From positions 896,001 to 960,000 of the forward strand of contig CAXXFL010000006.1 of assembly GCA_963674965.2 (NCBI GenBank): a stretch of 64,000 nt of DNA, given 5' to 3'. Shown one piece after another: positions 38,237-48,262 of this stretch. Position numbers and translations under genes: made by a program. This DNA comes from a bacterium (GTDB lineage: Bacteria; RBG-13-61-14; DATKZS01). The notes below the pieces were generated by a model. It saw only the letters and a program-made list of their open reading frames with translations. It was not told the origin of the DNA and did not search any database. Position 1 is the stretch's first letter. Each line of letters starts with the position of its first letter.

Positions 38237-39505
38237 TCAGGTTGTCCGCTCGCCGGTATTGGCGTCGATTGTTACCAGGGAAGGCGGCTCCTCCTCCGGC
38301 GACGGGGGAGCCTCGCGATGGTTTTGCCTTCCCAGGGACTCCTCCGACCTTGCGCCCGCGCCCCTCCCCAGCGCGTTCTTCACAAGTTTCAACTCGCAGC
38401 CGTAGCCGCTCGAGTCGATGACGTGGCGGGCGCCATGGCAGTAGTAAACGCCCGAGAACTTCTGGCCCACGCCCCTGATCTCGATATTGCGCTTGGCCCG
38501 AAGCGATGGGACGCCCATGGTCGCGGCCGAGGCCTCCACCTGTCTTAGCTCCGCCTCCTTGAATTTCCCCTCGGCCAGGTCCTGGGCCGGCTCCTGCAGA
38601 GGCTCCTCGTGGAACCCCTCGGAGCGCTCAAAGCTCGGGACCACCCGGCCGGTCTCCTCCTCCTTGTAACTAGCCTCGCCCGTGTTCCCGTCCACCAGGT
38701 AGGTGCGTTTGCCCAGCGACGTCCGCTCGGGGGTGGACTCGTTGTTGGCCTTGTGCTCGACCGGGGCCTTTGCGCGAGGGTCCACGCCCACCGCCCGGGT
38801 CTCGGTACCGGCCCCCTTGGCCGCCTGGGATTGGGTCGAGGGCCTAAAGGACCTGAGAACTCCCTTCCGGTCCGTGAAATACTCGAGGCACAGGAACGGG
38901 CCGCTCTCCAGGTCGCGGGGATGGAAATGCAGCTCGTCGTCCTGGATGTAAAAGGCGTAGCCGGCCACTCCATCCCCGTCCTTGTCGCGGGCCTTGGCCG
39001 CCAGTTCCCGCAGGAATTGCGCGTCCGAGACGTTGCTCTGAGTCACCCGAAGATGCCTTGCCTTGGTGGGCTTGACCACGGGAGTGAGCCCGTTCGCGGC
39101 CGCGATCTCCTCGGCGATCTCCGAGTAAAGGATGCCGGGCGGGGGCTTCCGCCAGACCTTTTGGTTCTCCTTGCCCGCCAGCTTGAAGCCCTTGTCATAG
39201 GCCTTGATCCGGATCGTGGGGTCTCCGTCCTCGGGAAAGTCGTAATCGATGTCCTTGATCACCGCCTTCTTCCTGGGCGAGAGGTTGTCCACGTAGCCGA
39301 AGCGGGCCACGATCTCGTTGCCCTCCTGGAAAAGCGGGTCGTCCACGAACTGGAGGTTACGGTCAGTGATAGAAAGCTCCATCACGTCCAGTTCCTCCTC
39401 GTTGTCCTCGAAGGAAAACGAGGTGATCTCCTGGGTCACGTCCCTCGAGAGGGTCCGCCCCTCGATCTGAATCAATAAAGTGGGTTTGAAAGTGTCAAGG
39501 TCCAT
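38237..39505 (-). CDS. Baseplate hub / late control D protein
   Basis: Q.NVSDAQFLRELA, GVGQKFSGVYY..RHVI..GY..L. Confidence 0.85.
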   Translation of the reverse strand: MDLDTFKPTLLIQIEGRTLSRDVTQEITSFSFEDNEEELDVMELSITDRNLQFVDDPLFQEGNEIVARFGYVDNLSPRKKAVIKDIDYDFPEDGDPTIRIKAYDKGFKLAGKENQKVWRKPPPGILYSEIAEEIAAANGLTPVVKPTKARHLRVTQSNVSDAQFLRELAAKARDKDGDGVAGYAFYIQDDELHFHPRDLESGPFLCLEYFTDRKGVLRSFRPSTQSQAAKGAGTETRAVGVDPRAKAPVEHKANNESTPERTSLGKRTYLVDGNTGEASYKEEETGRVVPSFERSEGFHEEPLQEPAQDLAEGKFKEAELRQVEASAATMGVPSLRAKRNIEIRGVGQKFSGVYYCHGARHVIDSSGYGCELKLVKNALGRGAGARSEESLGRQNHREAPPSPEEEPPSLVTIDANTGERTT

Positions 39506-39550
39506 TTCTCGCCGCCGCCTCCTAGACCCTTGAGAAGGTCATGAGGATAT

Positions 39551-39577
39551 ATACCGGCGAGAAGGCGAAAGTGTCGG
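39551..39577 (-). promoter_or_regulatory. Putative phage late promoter, copy 1 (CCGACACTTT-N10-CCGGTAT)
   Basis: Identical bipartite motif and spacing to 55979-56005; about 45 bp upstream of the hub gene. Confidence 0.65.
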
Positions 39578-39690
39578 GATTTTTTAAATCGAGGAGGAAT
39601 TTTTCGTGAAAAAAAGAAGCGGGCTGATTTTTTGGCCCCCGTTCAATATAAGATTCATATCGTCCTTATATTAGGAACAAAGTGGGCGCC

Positions 39691-40914
39691 TTAGAAATTT
39701 CCAAAAGGCCAGGCCATGACTCCCGAACCCAGAGGAAGGGGAGATTCTCCAGGATTGACCACGTAGCCGGGCAGGGCCCCGTCGCCAAAATCCTTCTGGA
39801 AGGTCTTAATCTGGTTCGCCATGGCTGGACGCGGCGTGGCTGAAAGCTTGACCTCGATGGGGACAAGCTTGCTTCCGGTTTCGATGATGAAATCTATTTC
39901 CGTCCCCGCCATGGTGCGCCAGAAATAAATTTCTGGATCAACGCCCCGGTGGGTCAGGGTTTTATATATTTCGGAAAACACCGCCGTCTCCATGATCGCG
40001 CCCCCCATCGGGCCGGAAGCCGCGTGCTCCGGGTCTTTCAATCCGGCCAGATAGCAAAGCGTTCCCAGGTCGGTGAAAAAAACTTTGGGAGATTTGACCA
40101 GCCTCTTTCCCACGTTGGCGAAATAAGGCCTTAGCTCCACCACCTGGAAAGTCGCCTCCAGCACCGAGAGCCAGGCCTTGACCGTGTTCAAGGAAACGCC
40201 CAGGTCGCGGGCCAGTTCCGCCTTGTTGATAAGGCCCGCGCTCCTGGCGGCAAGGAGTCGAAGGAAACTCTGAAACAAAGATAAGTCCCCAACCTGACGA
40301 AGCATCCGAACGTCCCGCTCGAGGTAGGTCTGGACGTAGCCGGCATGGTAAAGACCCGCGTCCCGCTCAGGCCGAGCGGCCAATTCCGGGAAACCGCCTC
40401 GTAGGAAGCTCTTCCATAAATCAAGATATGATTGATTGACGGACAACAAGGCCCCATCGCCGCCCTCCCATGGAAGCCGCGCCTGGGGCTGGCCGAAAAG
40501 TTCCCGACGAGAAAGAGGCAATAAGCGAAGGATGGCCGCCCGACCGGCCAGGGACTCGGTAATTTCCTCGATAAGAAGAAGGTTCTGAGAGCCGGTGAGG
40601 AGGTATTGGCCATATCTTCCCCGGTCCGCGTCGATTTTTTCCTTTATATAAGGGAGCAGATCGGGCGCGTACTGGACCTCGTCGAAAATCACGGGAGGAG
40701 CGTTCAATTCAAGAAAGGAGCGAGGGTCTTCCCTGGCCGCCGCCCACACGTCGGGCGGTTCCATGGAAATATAACGATAATCGTTTCCAAACAAATGCTT
40801 AAGCAGCGTTGTCTTGCCCGATTGACGAGGCCCGGTCAGCACCAGGGCGGGGAACTCCTTCACCGCTTTTTTAAGGACCGATTCCAACGACCTCTCGATA
40901 TAATTATCAACCAT
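39691..40914 (-). CDS. AAA+ ATPase with DUF4143-like nuclease-fold C-terminus (moron)
   Basis: GPRQSGKTT, IFDEVQ, LTGS, ESLAGR, GGFPE, KSPKVFFTDLG, EIDF..IEVK. Confidence 0.9.
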   Translation of the reverse strand: MVDNYIERSLESVLKKAVKEFPALVLTGPRQSGKTTLLKHLFGNDYRYISMEPPDVWAAAREDPRSFLELNAPPVIFDEVQYAPDLLPYIKEKIDADRGRYGQYLLTGSQNLLLIEEITESLAGRAAILRLLPLSRRELFGQPQARLPWEGGDGALLSVNQSYLDLWKSFLRGGFPELAARPERDAGLYHAGYVQTYLERDVRMLRQVGDLSLFQSFLRLLAARSAGLINKAELARDLGVSLNTVKAWLSVLEATFQVVELRPYFANVGKRLVKSPKVFFTDLGTLCYLAGLKDPEHAASGPMGGAIMETAVFSEIYKTLTHRGVDPEIYFWRTMAGTEIDFIIETGSKLVPIEVKLSATPRPAMANQIKTFQKDFGDGALPGYVVNPGESPLPLGSGVMAWPFGNF

Positions 40915-40984
40915 GGAGAGCACCCTTGGTTAATATTATGCATTTTAAGTGCAATTTGTCAAGTTTAAAATGGGCATGGTCCGA

Positions 40985-41275
40985 TCAAGCCAAAAGTCGC
41001 ATCTGAACGTGATCCAGGGAAGGAATCCGCAGTACCGCCCCGATCTCCAACTCCAGCGGGAAAAAGACGTCGTTATAGTCGCAGATGATCCAATAAAGGT
41101 CCGCTCGGCAGAAGTATCGGTGAGCCAGGACGTCTATCCGGTCGCCCTCGACCACCGCGTGGAAGCGGTCGTCATGTCGGGGAGAGGTTTCGATCATGGG
41201 CCTGGTCCCCAGGAATTCCTCCGAGCCGTCAAGATATAGAACGGAAGTCGCGTATCTCGAGTTTTTGCCGATCAT
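40985..41275 (-). CDS. LysM/tail X-like baseplate protein
   Basis: VVEGDRIDVLAHRY..LYWIICDYN..GAVLRIP. Confidence 0.82.
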   Translation of the reverse strand: MIGKNSRYATSVLYLDGSEEFLGTRPMIETSPRHDDRFHAVVEGDRIDVLAHRYFCRADLYWIICDYNDVFFPLELEIGAVLRIPSLDHVQMRLLA

Positions 41276-41742
41276 GGCCTCACCTCGGAGAAGTCCACCG
41301 ACTCGTCCACGTATTCCTCAAGCTCGAGGTCCACCTCGGCTCGCTGGGGAAGCAAATTGTCCCGGTCGAACATATGGAAGTACCTGGCGTTCACCCGCCG
41401 AACCACGCAGAGCAAGCCCGGGTACAGGTCGCCGAACATGAATATCACTCGGTGGGGAGCGTTCCTAAGCATGGTCCCCGCGTGCTCGGGATATAGAAGA
41501 GAGCGGAGCCACTCGACGTTCTCCTTTACCGACTGCTTGAAAAAGGCCAGTTTGAAGCTAAGCCTTCGCGGCTCGCCCGCCACGTACTGGTAGCGGGGAT
41601 GACTCATGCCCGGTATCTTGATGGCGGCGTAGGCCGTGCTTTTGTCGTCGCCGATGTCGTTGGGATTGTATTGGAAAGCGAGGTAGTCCCCTGTGTCCAC
41701 ATCTACCAGGTAAGCGGCGGTCTCTTTTTTGTAATCAACCAT
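41272..41742 (-). CDS. Tail tube initiator-like protein (CIS tube/gpU-like)
   Basis: FQYNP..IPGMSHPRYQYVAGEPRRLSF..P.RAEVDLELEEY. Confidence 0.75.
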   Translation of the reverse strand: MVDYKKETAAYLVDVDTGDYLAFQYNPNDIGDDKSTAYAAIKIPGMSHPRYQYVAGEPRRLSFKLAFFKQSVKENVEWLRSLLYPEHAGTMLRNAPHRVIFMFGDLYPGLLCVVRRVNARYFHMFDRDNLLPQRAEVDLELEEYVDESVDFSEVRP

Positions 41743-41749
41743 AGGGGCC

Positions 41750-44700
41750 TCACAGCGTTTCGTAATTCCTGATCTTGCGCTCGCGGATGTCCTTGTAAAC
41801 GGACCTGGCGATCTCCCGCCCGTCGAGCCTGGTTGTCACCTGGAGGTCGATGGGCCGATCGGCCATGGCGTCGAGTTTGGCCAGGATCGCTTCCAGGACG
41901 GATGCGACGTTATCGGGTGAAGAGCCGGTAGGTCCTTCTGACGACAGCCCAAGTTTGCCTCTTGTCTCAGCGAGAAGTTGGGACTGCCTGCCCGTGAGAG
42001 GAAGCTGTTCGATCCGCTCGTTTTTTCCGGCCACGACAGACTCTCGGGAGTAGGTCTCCGGAACAGACCCCGATATTATCGGAGTAAGAGCCAGGGTTCC
42101 CGCCACCAAGGATGGAAGGGCCGCGCTCATTACAGGCTTTCCAATGACCTCGGTTGTCTTCTCGATTACCTGGACCGGGATTTGGAAAATTTTGTTAATC
42201 CCGGCTTCCATCGATTTGATCGCTTCGCTAACCTTGCCGAGAGTGAAACGAGGCTCAAGTCCGATTTCAGGGGTCGCGGGCTTAAGCGATTTGGGGCTGG
42301 CGAAACCAATGCTGGCGGTAAGGTTTTCAAAGGGAGCTTTAATCCAGCTTCCCGCTTTTCCCGCCATGGATTTTATATTGTCCCAACCCGAATTGGCGGC
42401 TCCGGCCACCCTCTGCCAGGCAGCGTTCGCGACATTGCCCAACAGCTTGAACGGGGAGGAAACCGTCTCCAGTACCTGCGTCCCCATGCTTCCAATCTTC
42501 CCCCATATCGATGACCCGCCATCGAGCATTTTAGTGAAAGCCGACTTAAGAATATTTCCCGGAAGCGAAACCGCCCCGGACATCCCCTGGGCCAGGGTCT
42601 TTAATACAGATGCGCCCGAGTCCGTAAGCGTGGAAAGCGGTCCGATTTCAGCGTCTGAAAAAGGAAGCAGCTTTCGAAGTCCAGACAGCGCGTTCCTGAG
42701 CGCGGTGACGGGATAGGCGGCCGCCGCCAGGATGCCCTGGGCCAGGGTAATCATCATGCGCCTTCCGGCCTCCATGAAGGTCGAGTGTCCCGACAAAAAG
42801 TCACGCGCCACCCCGATCATGCCGGCGAGCGTTCGCAATATGGGAAGATTCATGAAAGCCGCCATCACGGTCTCGGCCGCCCGCCTTAAGAAATCCTCCA
42901 TCGCGCTGAAAAGACCCTTGATGAATCCCCAGATACCCGCGATCACGTCCCTCGCCCACTGAAATGGAGTGGTAAGGAAATCGAACGCCGCCCGTCCCAT
43001 ACGGCGAAGGCCGTCGGTCACGGAAACGTCTCCGGAGAGTACTCTCCAAAGAGTGAAAGCGGCGTTGGCCGCCAACTTAAACGTCTGAATCATAAGTCGA
43101 AGCGGCGGAGAGAATTTGTACGCGAACCGGGCGGCGGCTATGAACGATCCGACGATGGTCTTTCCCAGCCAGACCACGGCCTTCACCACCAGGGTTACGA
43201 CCTTGATAAGGAACACGAGTTGGTTGATGAGGTACTTGAGAATGAAGGCCCCGACTTTAGCGCCTATGCTGATTAACGATCCCAGGGCCTCCCCCAGAAT
43301 CCGATATATGGAAGCGTCGGCCGACAGCCCGGCCAGTCCGAAAATCTCCACCACCGAGAAGATGGCCTTGTATAGCTCTCCATAGGCCCCCATAAGCGAG
43401 CGAACGGCTGGTCCGAGTATGGCTGCAATCTTGCCGAAGGCTTGGGCAAAAGCCTGGTAAAGCCCGGCCAGGAACTGGCGCACCCGGTAGTAAACCTTGA
43501 ACACCGTGGTCACGATGCCCATGAGCCCGGCCGCCTCGAGCTTTTCGGCCAGGTCCGCCGACATCTGCCCGGTCCCGTCCTTGAGCGAGGAGAGCAATGT
43601 CCTTACCCCCTCGAAGACGAGCTTTACCTTGTTCCAGGCTCCAAGGACAGTTTCCCTGATTCCCGCGAAGTTGGTCTCCCAGGCCCGCTTGAGTAGGTAC
43701 ACGGCCAGGATCACTCCCCCGATGATGGCCGCGGCAGGAAGCAGGTAGGTCGCCAGGGCCGCTCCTATTCCCGAGAGCGCCGCCCCCATGGCCAGAACTC
43801 CAGCTTTGATGACCGGGACAATCACGCCGATGGTCCCGACGGCGGCGATGACTCCCCCTACCACGACCAGCGCCGCGCCCAAGGCCATGGTCAAAGTGAG
43901 AACCGCTCGAGTGACGCCCGGCATGGACTTGGCCAGCTTCTGGAAGAACAGAATCACCTTGGATACTCCCTGAATGATCGGAGAGACCACCGGGAGCAGG
44001 GTCCGGCCAAGGATTTCGAAGAGATTGCCAAGCTGCTGCTTCACAAGAACCACCTGGGCCCCGATGTCCATGTTCATGGCCCGGGCCATCTCCTCGGTCA
44101 CGGCGGTCCCGCTTTTCATGGCCTTCTCGATTGACTGGATGTTCCCCTCGAGCGCTCCCATGCCCTGAGACATCTGGAGGAGGAACTTGACCGCTTCGTC
44201 CGAACCGAACGCCTTCTTGAGTTCGACCTGGGCCGCCGCCTGGGAAAGATCGGGGAATTTCGTTTTGATCTCTTCCAGGATCGGAATGATTCCCTTGAGC
44301 CTGCCCGTCGAGTCGATAAAAGAGAGTCCCAACTCGTCCCCGGCCTCGGCGGCTTTCATGATGAAAGCTTTGTACAAGGTGCCCGCCTCGGACCCCGGCA
44401 TTGTAGTCTGCAGCTGGCCCAGTATGGCGAGTTGCTCCTGGAGGGGTATGTTGGCTGAGGCCGCCACCGCGCCGATGTTCTTGATGGCGTCGGCCATCTG
44501 AGCGCCGGTTGTCTTGAAGGACGCCACGGTCTGGGCCATTGCTCCGGCGAAAGCCTTGGACCACTCCATGTCCGAATACTCGGTCATGATTGGCTTGAAG
44601 ATCCCATAGGCCGTGGTAAAAGTCCCCACCATCTCGTCAGTGGTCGCCTTGGTGGCTTTGGCCGTGAGCGCGGCCATGGATGTGAAAGCGCCCACCGCCT

Positions 44701-45091
44701 CGTCACTCAACGACGACAGAGCGGAGCGAACGTCGTAGGCCGCCGAGATGAACTGCGCCTTGTTGGAGCCGGACCACTGATTGGTGAAGCTTTCCGCCGC
44801 GTCCTCGAGCGCCCTCAAGTCCTTGACTCCAAGCGAGGCGAGTTCTCCAAGCGCCTTCTGAGTCGCGGTGGTGGAGGCGATCAGGGCGGCGGGAACGGCC
44901 ATCAGAGTTAGCCCGGCCCCGATCATCATGGTCCCCTTCTGAATGCGGTCGAGGTTCCTGGTCATCCGTTCGCTCGACGCCGCCACCGCTCCGTCGAGAG
45001 AGAGCATGGACGACTGGATGCGGGCAGCGTTCCGGGAGAACGCGTCCTTCATCGAGACAACCACGCCAAGACCGAGATCGCCGCCAATCAT
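41750..45091 (-). CDS. Tape measure protein
   Basis: 1113 aa, Ala-rich helical, SEAGT motif, hydrophobic segments, PFSDAEIGPLS; position after chaperone. Confidence 0.92.
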   Translation of the reverse strand: MIGGDLGLGVVVSMKDAFSRNAARIQSSMLSLDGAVAASSERMTRNLDRIQKGTMMIGAGLTLMAVPAALIASTTATQKALGELASLGVKDLRALEDAAESFTNQWSGSNKAQFISAAYDVRSALSSLSDEAVGAFTSMAALTAKATKATTDEMVGTFTTAYGIFKPIMTEYSDMEWSKAFAGAMAQTVASFKTTGAQMADAIKNIGAVAASANIPLQEQLAILGQLQTTMPGSEAGTLYKAFIMKAAEAGDELGLSFIDSTGRLKGIIPILEEIKTKFPDLSQAAAQVELKKAFGSDEAVKFLLQMSQGMGALEGNIQSIEKAMKSGTAVTEEMARAMNMDIGAQVVLVKQQLGNLFEILGRTLLPVVSPIIQGVSKVILFFQKLAKSMPGVTRAVLTLTMALGAALVVVGGVIAAVGTIGVIVPVIKAGVLAMGAALSGIGAALATYLLPAAAIIGGVILAVYLLKRAWETNFAGIRETVLGAWNKVKLVFEGVRTLLSSLKDGTGQMSADLAEKLEAAGLMGIVTTVFKVYYRVRQFLAGLYQAFAQAFGKIAAILGPAVRSLMGAYGELYKAIFSVVEIFGLAGLSADASIYRILGEALGSLISIGAKVGAFILKYLINQLVFLIKVVTLVVKAVVWLGKTIVGSFIAAARFAYKFSPPLRLMIQTFKLAANAAFTLWRVLSGDVSVTDGLRRMGRAAFDFLTTPFQWARDVIAGIWGFIKGLFSAMEDFLRRAAETVMAAFMNLPILRTLAGMIGVARDFLSGHSTFMEAGRRMMITLAQGILAAAAYPVTALRNALSGLRKLLPFSDAEIGPLSTLTDSGASVLKTLAQGMSGAVSLPGNILKSAFTKMLDGGSSIWGKIGSMGTQVLETVSSPFKLLGNVANAAWQRVAGAANSGWDNIKSMAGKAGSWIKAPFENLTASIGFASPKSLKPATPEIGLEPRFTLGKVSEAIKSMEAGINKIFQIPVQVIEKTTEVIGKPVMSAALPSLVAGTLALTPIISGSVPETYSRESVVAGKNERIEQLPLTGRQSQLLAETRGKLGLSSEGPTGSSPDNVASVLEAILAKLDAMADRPIDLQVTTRLDGREIARSVYKDIRERKIRNYETL

Positions 45092-45264
45092 CTGTTACGC
45101 TCCAACTGTTCCTTTTCAAAAGCGAGCTGCCGCTCCAGGGCTTCGACAAACTCCCGTCTTACCCGAAGCGGCAGCGAAGTGATTTCGGAGTATCCCCAGT
45201 GAAGTCCTCCGTAAGCCAGGAAAAAGGCGTCCCTTACGAGAGAACTCCTGGGAACAAAAAACCC
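45088..45264 (-). CDS. -1 frameshift extension of the tail assembly chaperone (gpGT/gpE'-like)
   Basis: -1 frame from G GGT TTT reads GFFVPRSSLVRDAFFLAYGGLHWGYSEITSLP.. to a stop overlapping the tape measure ATG. Confidence 0.7.
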   Translation of the reverse strand, partial: GFFVPRSSLVRDAFFLAYGGLHWGYSEITSLPLRVRREFVEALERQLAFEKEQLERNR

Positions 45265-45911
45265 GGTTCGGCCTCCAGGCGGGTCCGGATACGCGCTCCG
45301 CAACTTTCGCAATCCACGTCCACGACCGTATCGATTCCCGCGTCCACCCGCGCCATCTCCTGGCGGAGCGCGCTCCGGTCCCGGAGGGCCATCTCCGACA
45401 TAACCTTCCTTGTGGGAGGCTTGCCGTCGATTTCGATGATCCTCATCAACATGGCCGAGGTGATTGTGGGCTCCTTTAGCGAGGCCAGCCTCTTTTCCAT
45501 GTTGCCGTCCAGATGAGTGAACTTGACCTTCTTGCCCGCGCCCGGCAGCTTGAAGGCGAACTCCCGATCCTTGCCGTAAGGTGTGACCTTCAACTCGTCC
45601 AGGTTCACGCTGATGAGGTTGGTCTCGCGGCATGCCGCGTTCGGACAGACCAGTTCCAGATCGACTTCGTTGCCCAGGGAGATGTCCCTCAGCTTTACCA
45701 GGATGAAGAGTCGGTCGCCGGACAGGAGATCGAGAACATCCTTCGAGCCAGGCTTCGAGTTTTCTCCCAGACGAAGCACGCAGTTCTTTAGAACCTGATT
45801 AACGGCGTCGCCCGTGCGGATCAGCCGCTGGTTAGTGAGAAGTTCCTCCTCGGCTCCGGTCATCTCCTTGAGATCGGCCTCGATGCCGCTCGGCAGTTTA
45901 AAGGTGTGCAT
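45234..45911 (-). CDS. Tail assembly chaperone (T4 gp26/gp51-like, two CxxC-type motifs)
   Basis: LPSG..EMTGAEEELL..LLSGDRLFIL..CPNAAC..CESCG..GFLFP; between tube and tape measure. Confidence 0.75.
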   Translation of the reverse strand: MHTFKLPSGIEADLKEMTGAEEELLTNQRLIRTGDAVNQVLKNCVLRLGENSKPGSKDVLDLLSGDRLFILVKLRDISLGNEVDLELVCPNAACRETNLISVNLDELKVTPYGKDREFAFKLPGAGKKVKFTHLDGNMEKRLASLKEPTITSAMLMRIIEIDGKPPTRKVMSEMALRDRSALRQEMARVDAGIDTVVDVDCESCGARIRTRLEAEPGFLFPGVLS

Positions 45912-45925
45912 GTTTCTCCCTCCGA

Positions 45926-46387
45926 TCAGGTCCAGTACTGGTAGCAGATGGTGAGCTTCTCGATGGTGTTCTCGGTGTTCGCTCCCTCGAGTTCGTCATA
46001 TTCCAGGACCTTGATCCAGACCCCGTGCAGGGTCCAGCGGCGGGTCTCTTCGCCGGTCCGGTCGTAACGGACCACTTCGATGTCGCGCATGTAGTCGTTG
46101 GGAAGGCCGCCGGTCACCGCGTTTACGTCCACCTGCTTCTTGATCCAGTCCCTCGCCGCCTCGTCCGAGCCGTCCTGCAGGATTCCCTTCTCCAGGGTGA
46201 TGTCCTCGAACTTGACCCGGCCAGCCACCTTCTGATCGAACATCGAACCACCGGGAGCAAAGGCCACTTCCTCGAACTCGGTTTTCGGCTCCTGGCCCTT
46301 CTTGAACAGAGCCACGTCGAACCCGTTGACCTCAATGGCGAACTGCCAGTTCTGGTACAGGCTCTTGGGCATGTTTCCGCTGCGCAT
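45926..46387 (-). CDS. Tail tube protein (T4 gp19-like)
   Basis: GRVKFEDITLEKG..W..RDIEVV..RWTL..W..EKLTI. Confidence 0.9.
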   Translation of the reverse strand: MRSGNMPKSLYQNWQFAIEVNGFDVALFKKGQEPKTEFEEVAFAPGGSMFDQKVAGRVKFEDITLEKGILQDGSDEAARDWIKKQVDVNAVTGGLPNDYMRDIEVVRYDRTGEETRRWTLHGVWIKVLEYDELEGANTENTIEKLTICYQYWT

Positions 46388-46399
46388 TTTCAAGCCTCC

Positions 46400-48259
46400 T
46401 TATGAAGTGGTGAAGATTTCCTTGAAGTCCGCCCCGGTGGTGGTGAGCACGAAGTTTAGCTCGATGAACTCGGCCGTCTTGGTGGGCTTCACGAAAACGC
46501 GGGCCACCATCTCGTTGCGGTCGATCACCGCCGGGGTATTGGTCTCCTCGTCGCACTGGACCGCGAAGTCGTATAGTCCTCCCTTGTCCTTGACGTCCTG
46601 GAGGAAGGGATTGATGAGCCGAATCAGGGCCCGCCAGGTCTGGGCGTTGTTCGGCTCGAACACCACGAACCGGGCGGACTCGGCGATGGCTTCCTCCATG
46701 TAAATCATCAGCCGCCGGACGTTGACCCGGTCCAGGGCCGAGGGCTGGCTTTGCAGGGTCTTCTGGCCCCAGACGTTGATCCCGCTGTCCGGAAACACGG
46801 CGATCACGTTCACGCCCTCGGGGTAGAGCACGTCCCGCTCTCCCCGGCTGGTCTTGTAGCTCACGGACAAGGCGTTGAACACGCGGCCCCGGTCGATTCC
46901 CGCCGGCGCGTACCAGACGTGGGTCTTCTCGTCGCTTCGGGCGAAGCAGCCCGCCACCGCTCCCGTGGGCGGCACCAGCTTCTTCCTTCCCGAAATGGGG
47001 TCCATGATCTCGAGCCAGGGGTAATAAAGCGCGGCGTAGGACGAGTTGAAGGCCGCGTGATTGTACATGCCCTGGCCCTTGCGGAAATCAACCGCCTCGA
47101 GGGGCTCCAGCAAGATGGGGACCTCGGCCAGGTAGATGAGGTCCTTGCGGTTCTCCGCGTAGGTGACGCCGCCGTTGATCACCGTCGCGGTGGTGACGCC
47201 GGGGACCATGAGGATGTTCAAGGCGTCAATCTCGTCAAAGGCGTAAAGGCCGGTGCGCTGTGAAGGGTCGCCGGTGAAATCGACGTCGCCAAGGCCGGTT
47301 AGGCCATCGTCGCCTCCGATGAGACAGTACATTCCCGACTCCGGCCGGTCAGAGGGGATTCCCGAGGCCGGACCCAGGTCATCAACGGCCACATAGTCCG
47401 ACTTCTCGTTGATCAATAGCTCGACGTGGTTCGGGGAGTTCTCGTCCATGGAGAGGTCCTTGAAAACCTCGACCACCCGGTTCTTGTAGCGGACGATCAA
47501 ATTGAAGGCGTTGTCCGGATCGAGCGTGCCGTCCTCGATTACCACAGCCAGGTCCAACCCCCAGGTCCCCTCGTCAATGGCGCTTATTGAAAGCGCGTCC
47601 TGGCCGTCCGCCCCGTTGGCGAGGTTGGCCGAGGGGGCCGGCTGCACCACGCCGCCGTCGGAGGTGGATACCTCAACAAGCGCCGAGGCCTCGGCGTGTT
47701 GGTTCACGGCGGCCACGACCTGGTCGGCGGTGCTGAGCGGGTTTCCCGAGGCGTCCGTCTCAAGATGGACGTTGATCGTTTGTCCCAACACCTCGATGGA
47801 ACATTCGGCGTTGAGTATTGGGAAAGCCGCCTGCTCGACCCTGATGTTGTTCCCGTCCGCCCCTGGTTGTCTCGCGCGCCAGTTAATCTGGTCCTCTCCC
47901 TGTGTGCCGGTCAGCAGGAAGGCGGCGGCCGCCGTCCTGTCCCTTAACGTAACGCCGGCCTTGGAAGCGGCGAGACTTTCGCGGTCGGTGGGATCAGTGA
48001 GGTGGGCGATCCGGTTCACGTAAAGGACCCTCCCGCCGTTGTCGAAAAAGGCCCGAGCCGCGTAGGCCAGGTACCCCGCCTGAATGTAGGAGCCGAACTT
48101 GTTAACGAACTGCTCCCAGCTGGTGACCAGCGCCGGCTTGTTGATCGGGCCCCGCTCGGCCACGCCGACCATGCCGCAGGAAGAGGTCGATATCTGCTTC
48201 ACGTAATAACTGAAGTCGGTCTCGCGAGTGAAAATGCCCGGTGAAAGATAGGTCCCCAT
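46400..48259 (-). CDS. Contractile tail sheath protein
   Basis: YLSPGIFTRE, AFFDNGG, ALYYPW, WYAPAG, WGQKTL, VNVRRL, PTKTAEFI. Confidence 0.96.
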   Translation of the reverse strand: MGTYLSPGIFTRETDFSYYVKQISTSSCGMVGVAERGPINKPALVTSWEQFVNKFGSYIQAGYLAYAARAFFDNGGRVLYVNRIAHLTDPTDRESLAASKAGVTLRDRTAAAAFLLTGTQGEDQINWRARQPGADGNNIRVEQAAFPILNAECSIEVLGQTINVHLETDASGNPLSTADQVVAAVNQHAEASALVEVSTSDGGVVQPAPSANLANGADGQDALSISAIDEGTWGLDLAVVIEDGTLDPDNAFNLIVRYKNRVVEVFKDLSMDENSPNHVELLINEKSDYVAVDDLGPASGIPSDRPESGMYCLIGGDDGLTGLGDVDFTGDPSQRTGLYAFDEIDALNILMVPGVTTATVINGGVTYAENRKDLIYLAEVPILLEPLEAVDFRKGQGMYNHAAFNSSYAALYYPWLEIMDPISGRKKLVPPTGAVAGCFARSDEKTHVWYAPAGIDRGRVFNALSVSYKTSRGERDVLYPEGVNVIAVFPDSGINVWGQKTLQSQPSALDRVNVRRLMIYMEEAIAESARFVVFEPNNAQTWRALIRLINPFLQDVKDKGGLYDFAVQCDEETNTPAVIDRNEMVARVFVKPTKTAEFIELNFVLTTTGADFKEIFTTS

Positions 48260-48262
48260 TGG

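Noticed and set aside
33377-48259. Stand-alone tailocin/eCIS or T6SS
   Set aside because: Capsid, protease, MuF, neck and tape measure genes are linked, indicating a phage.
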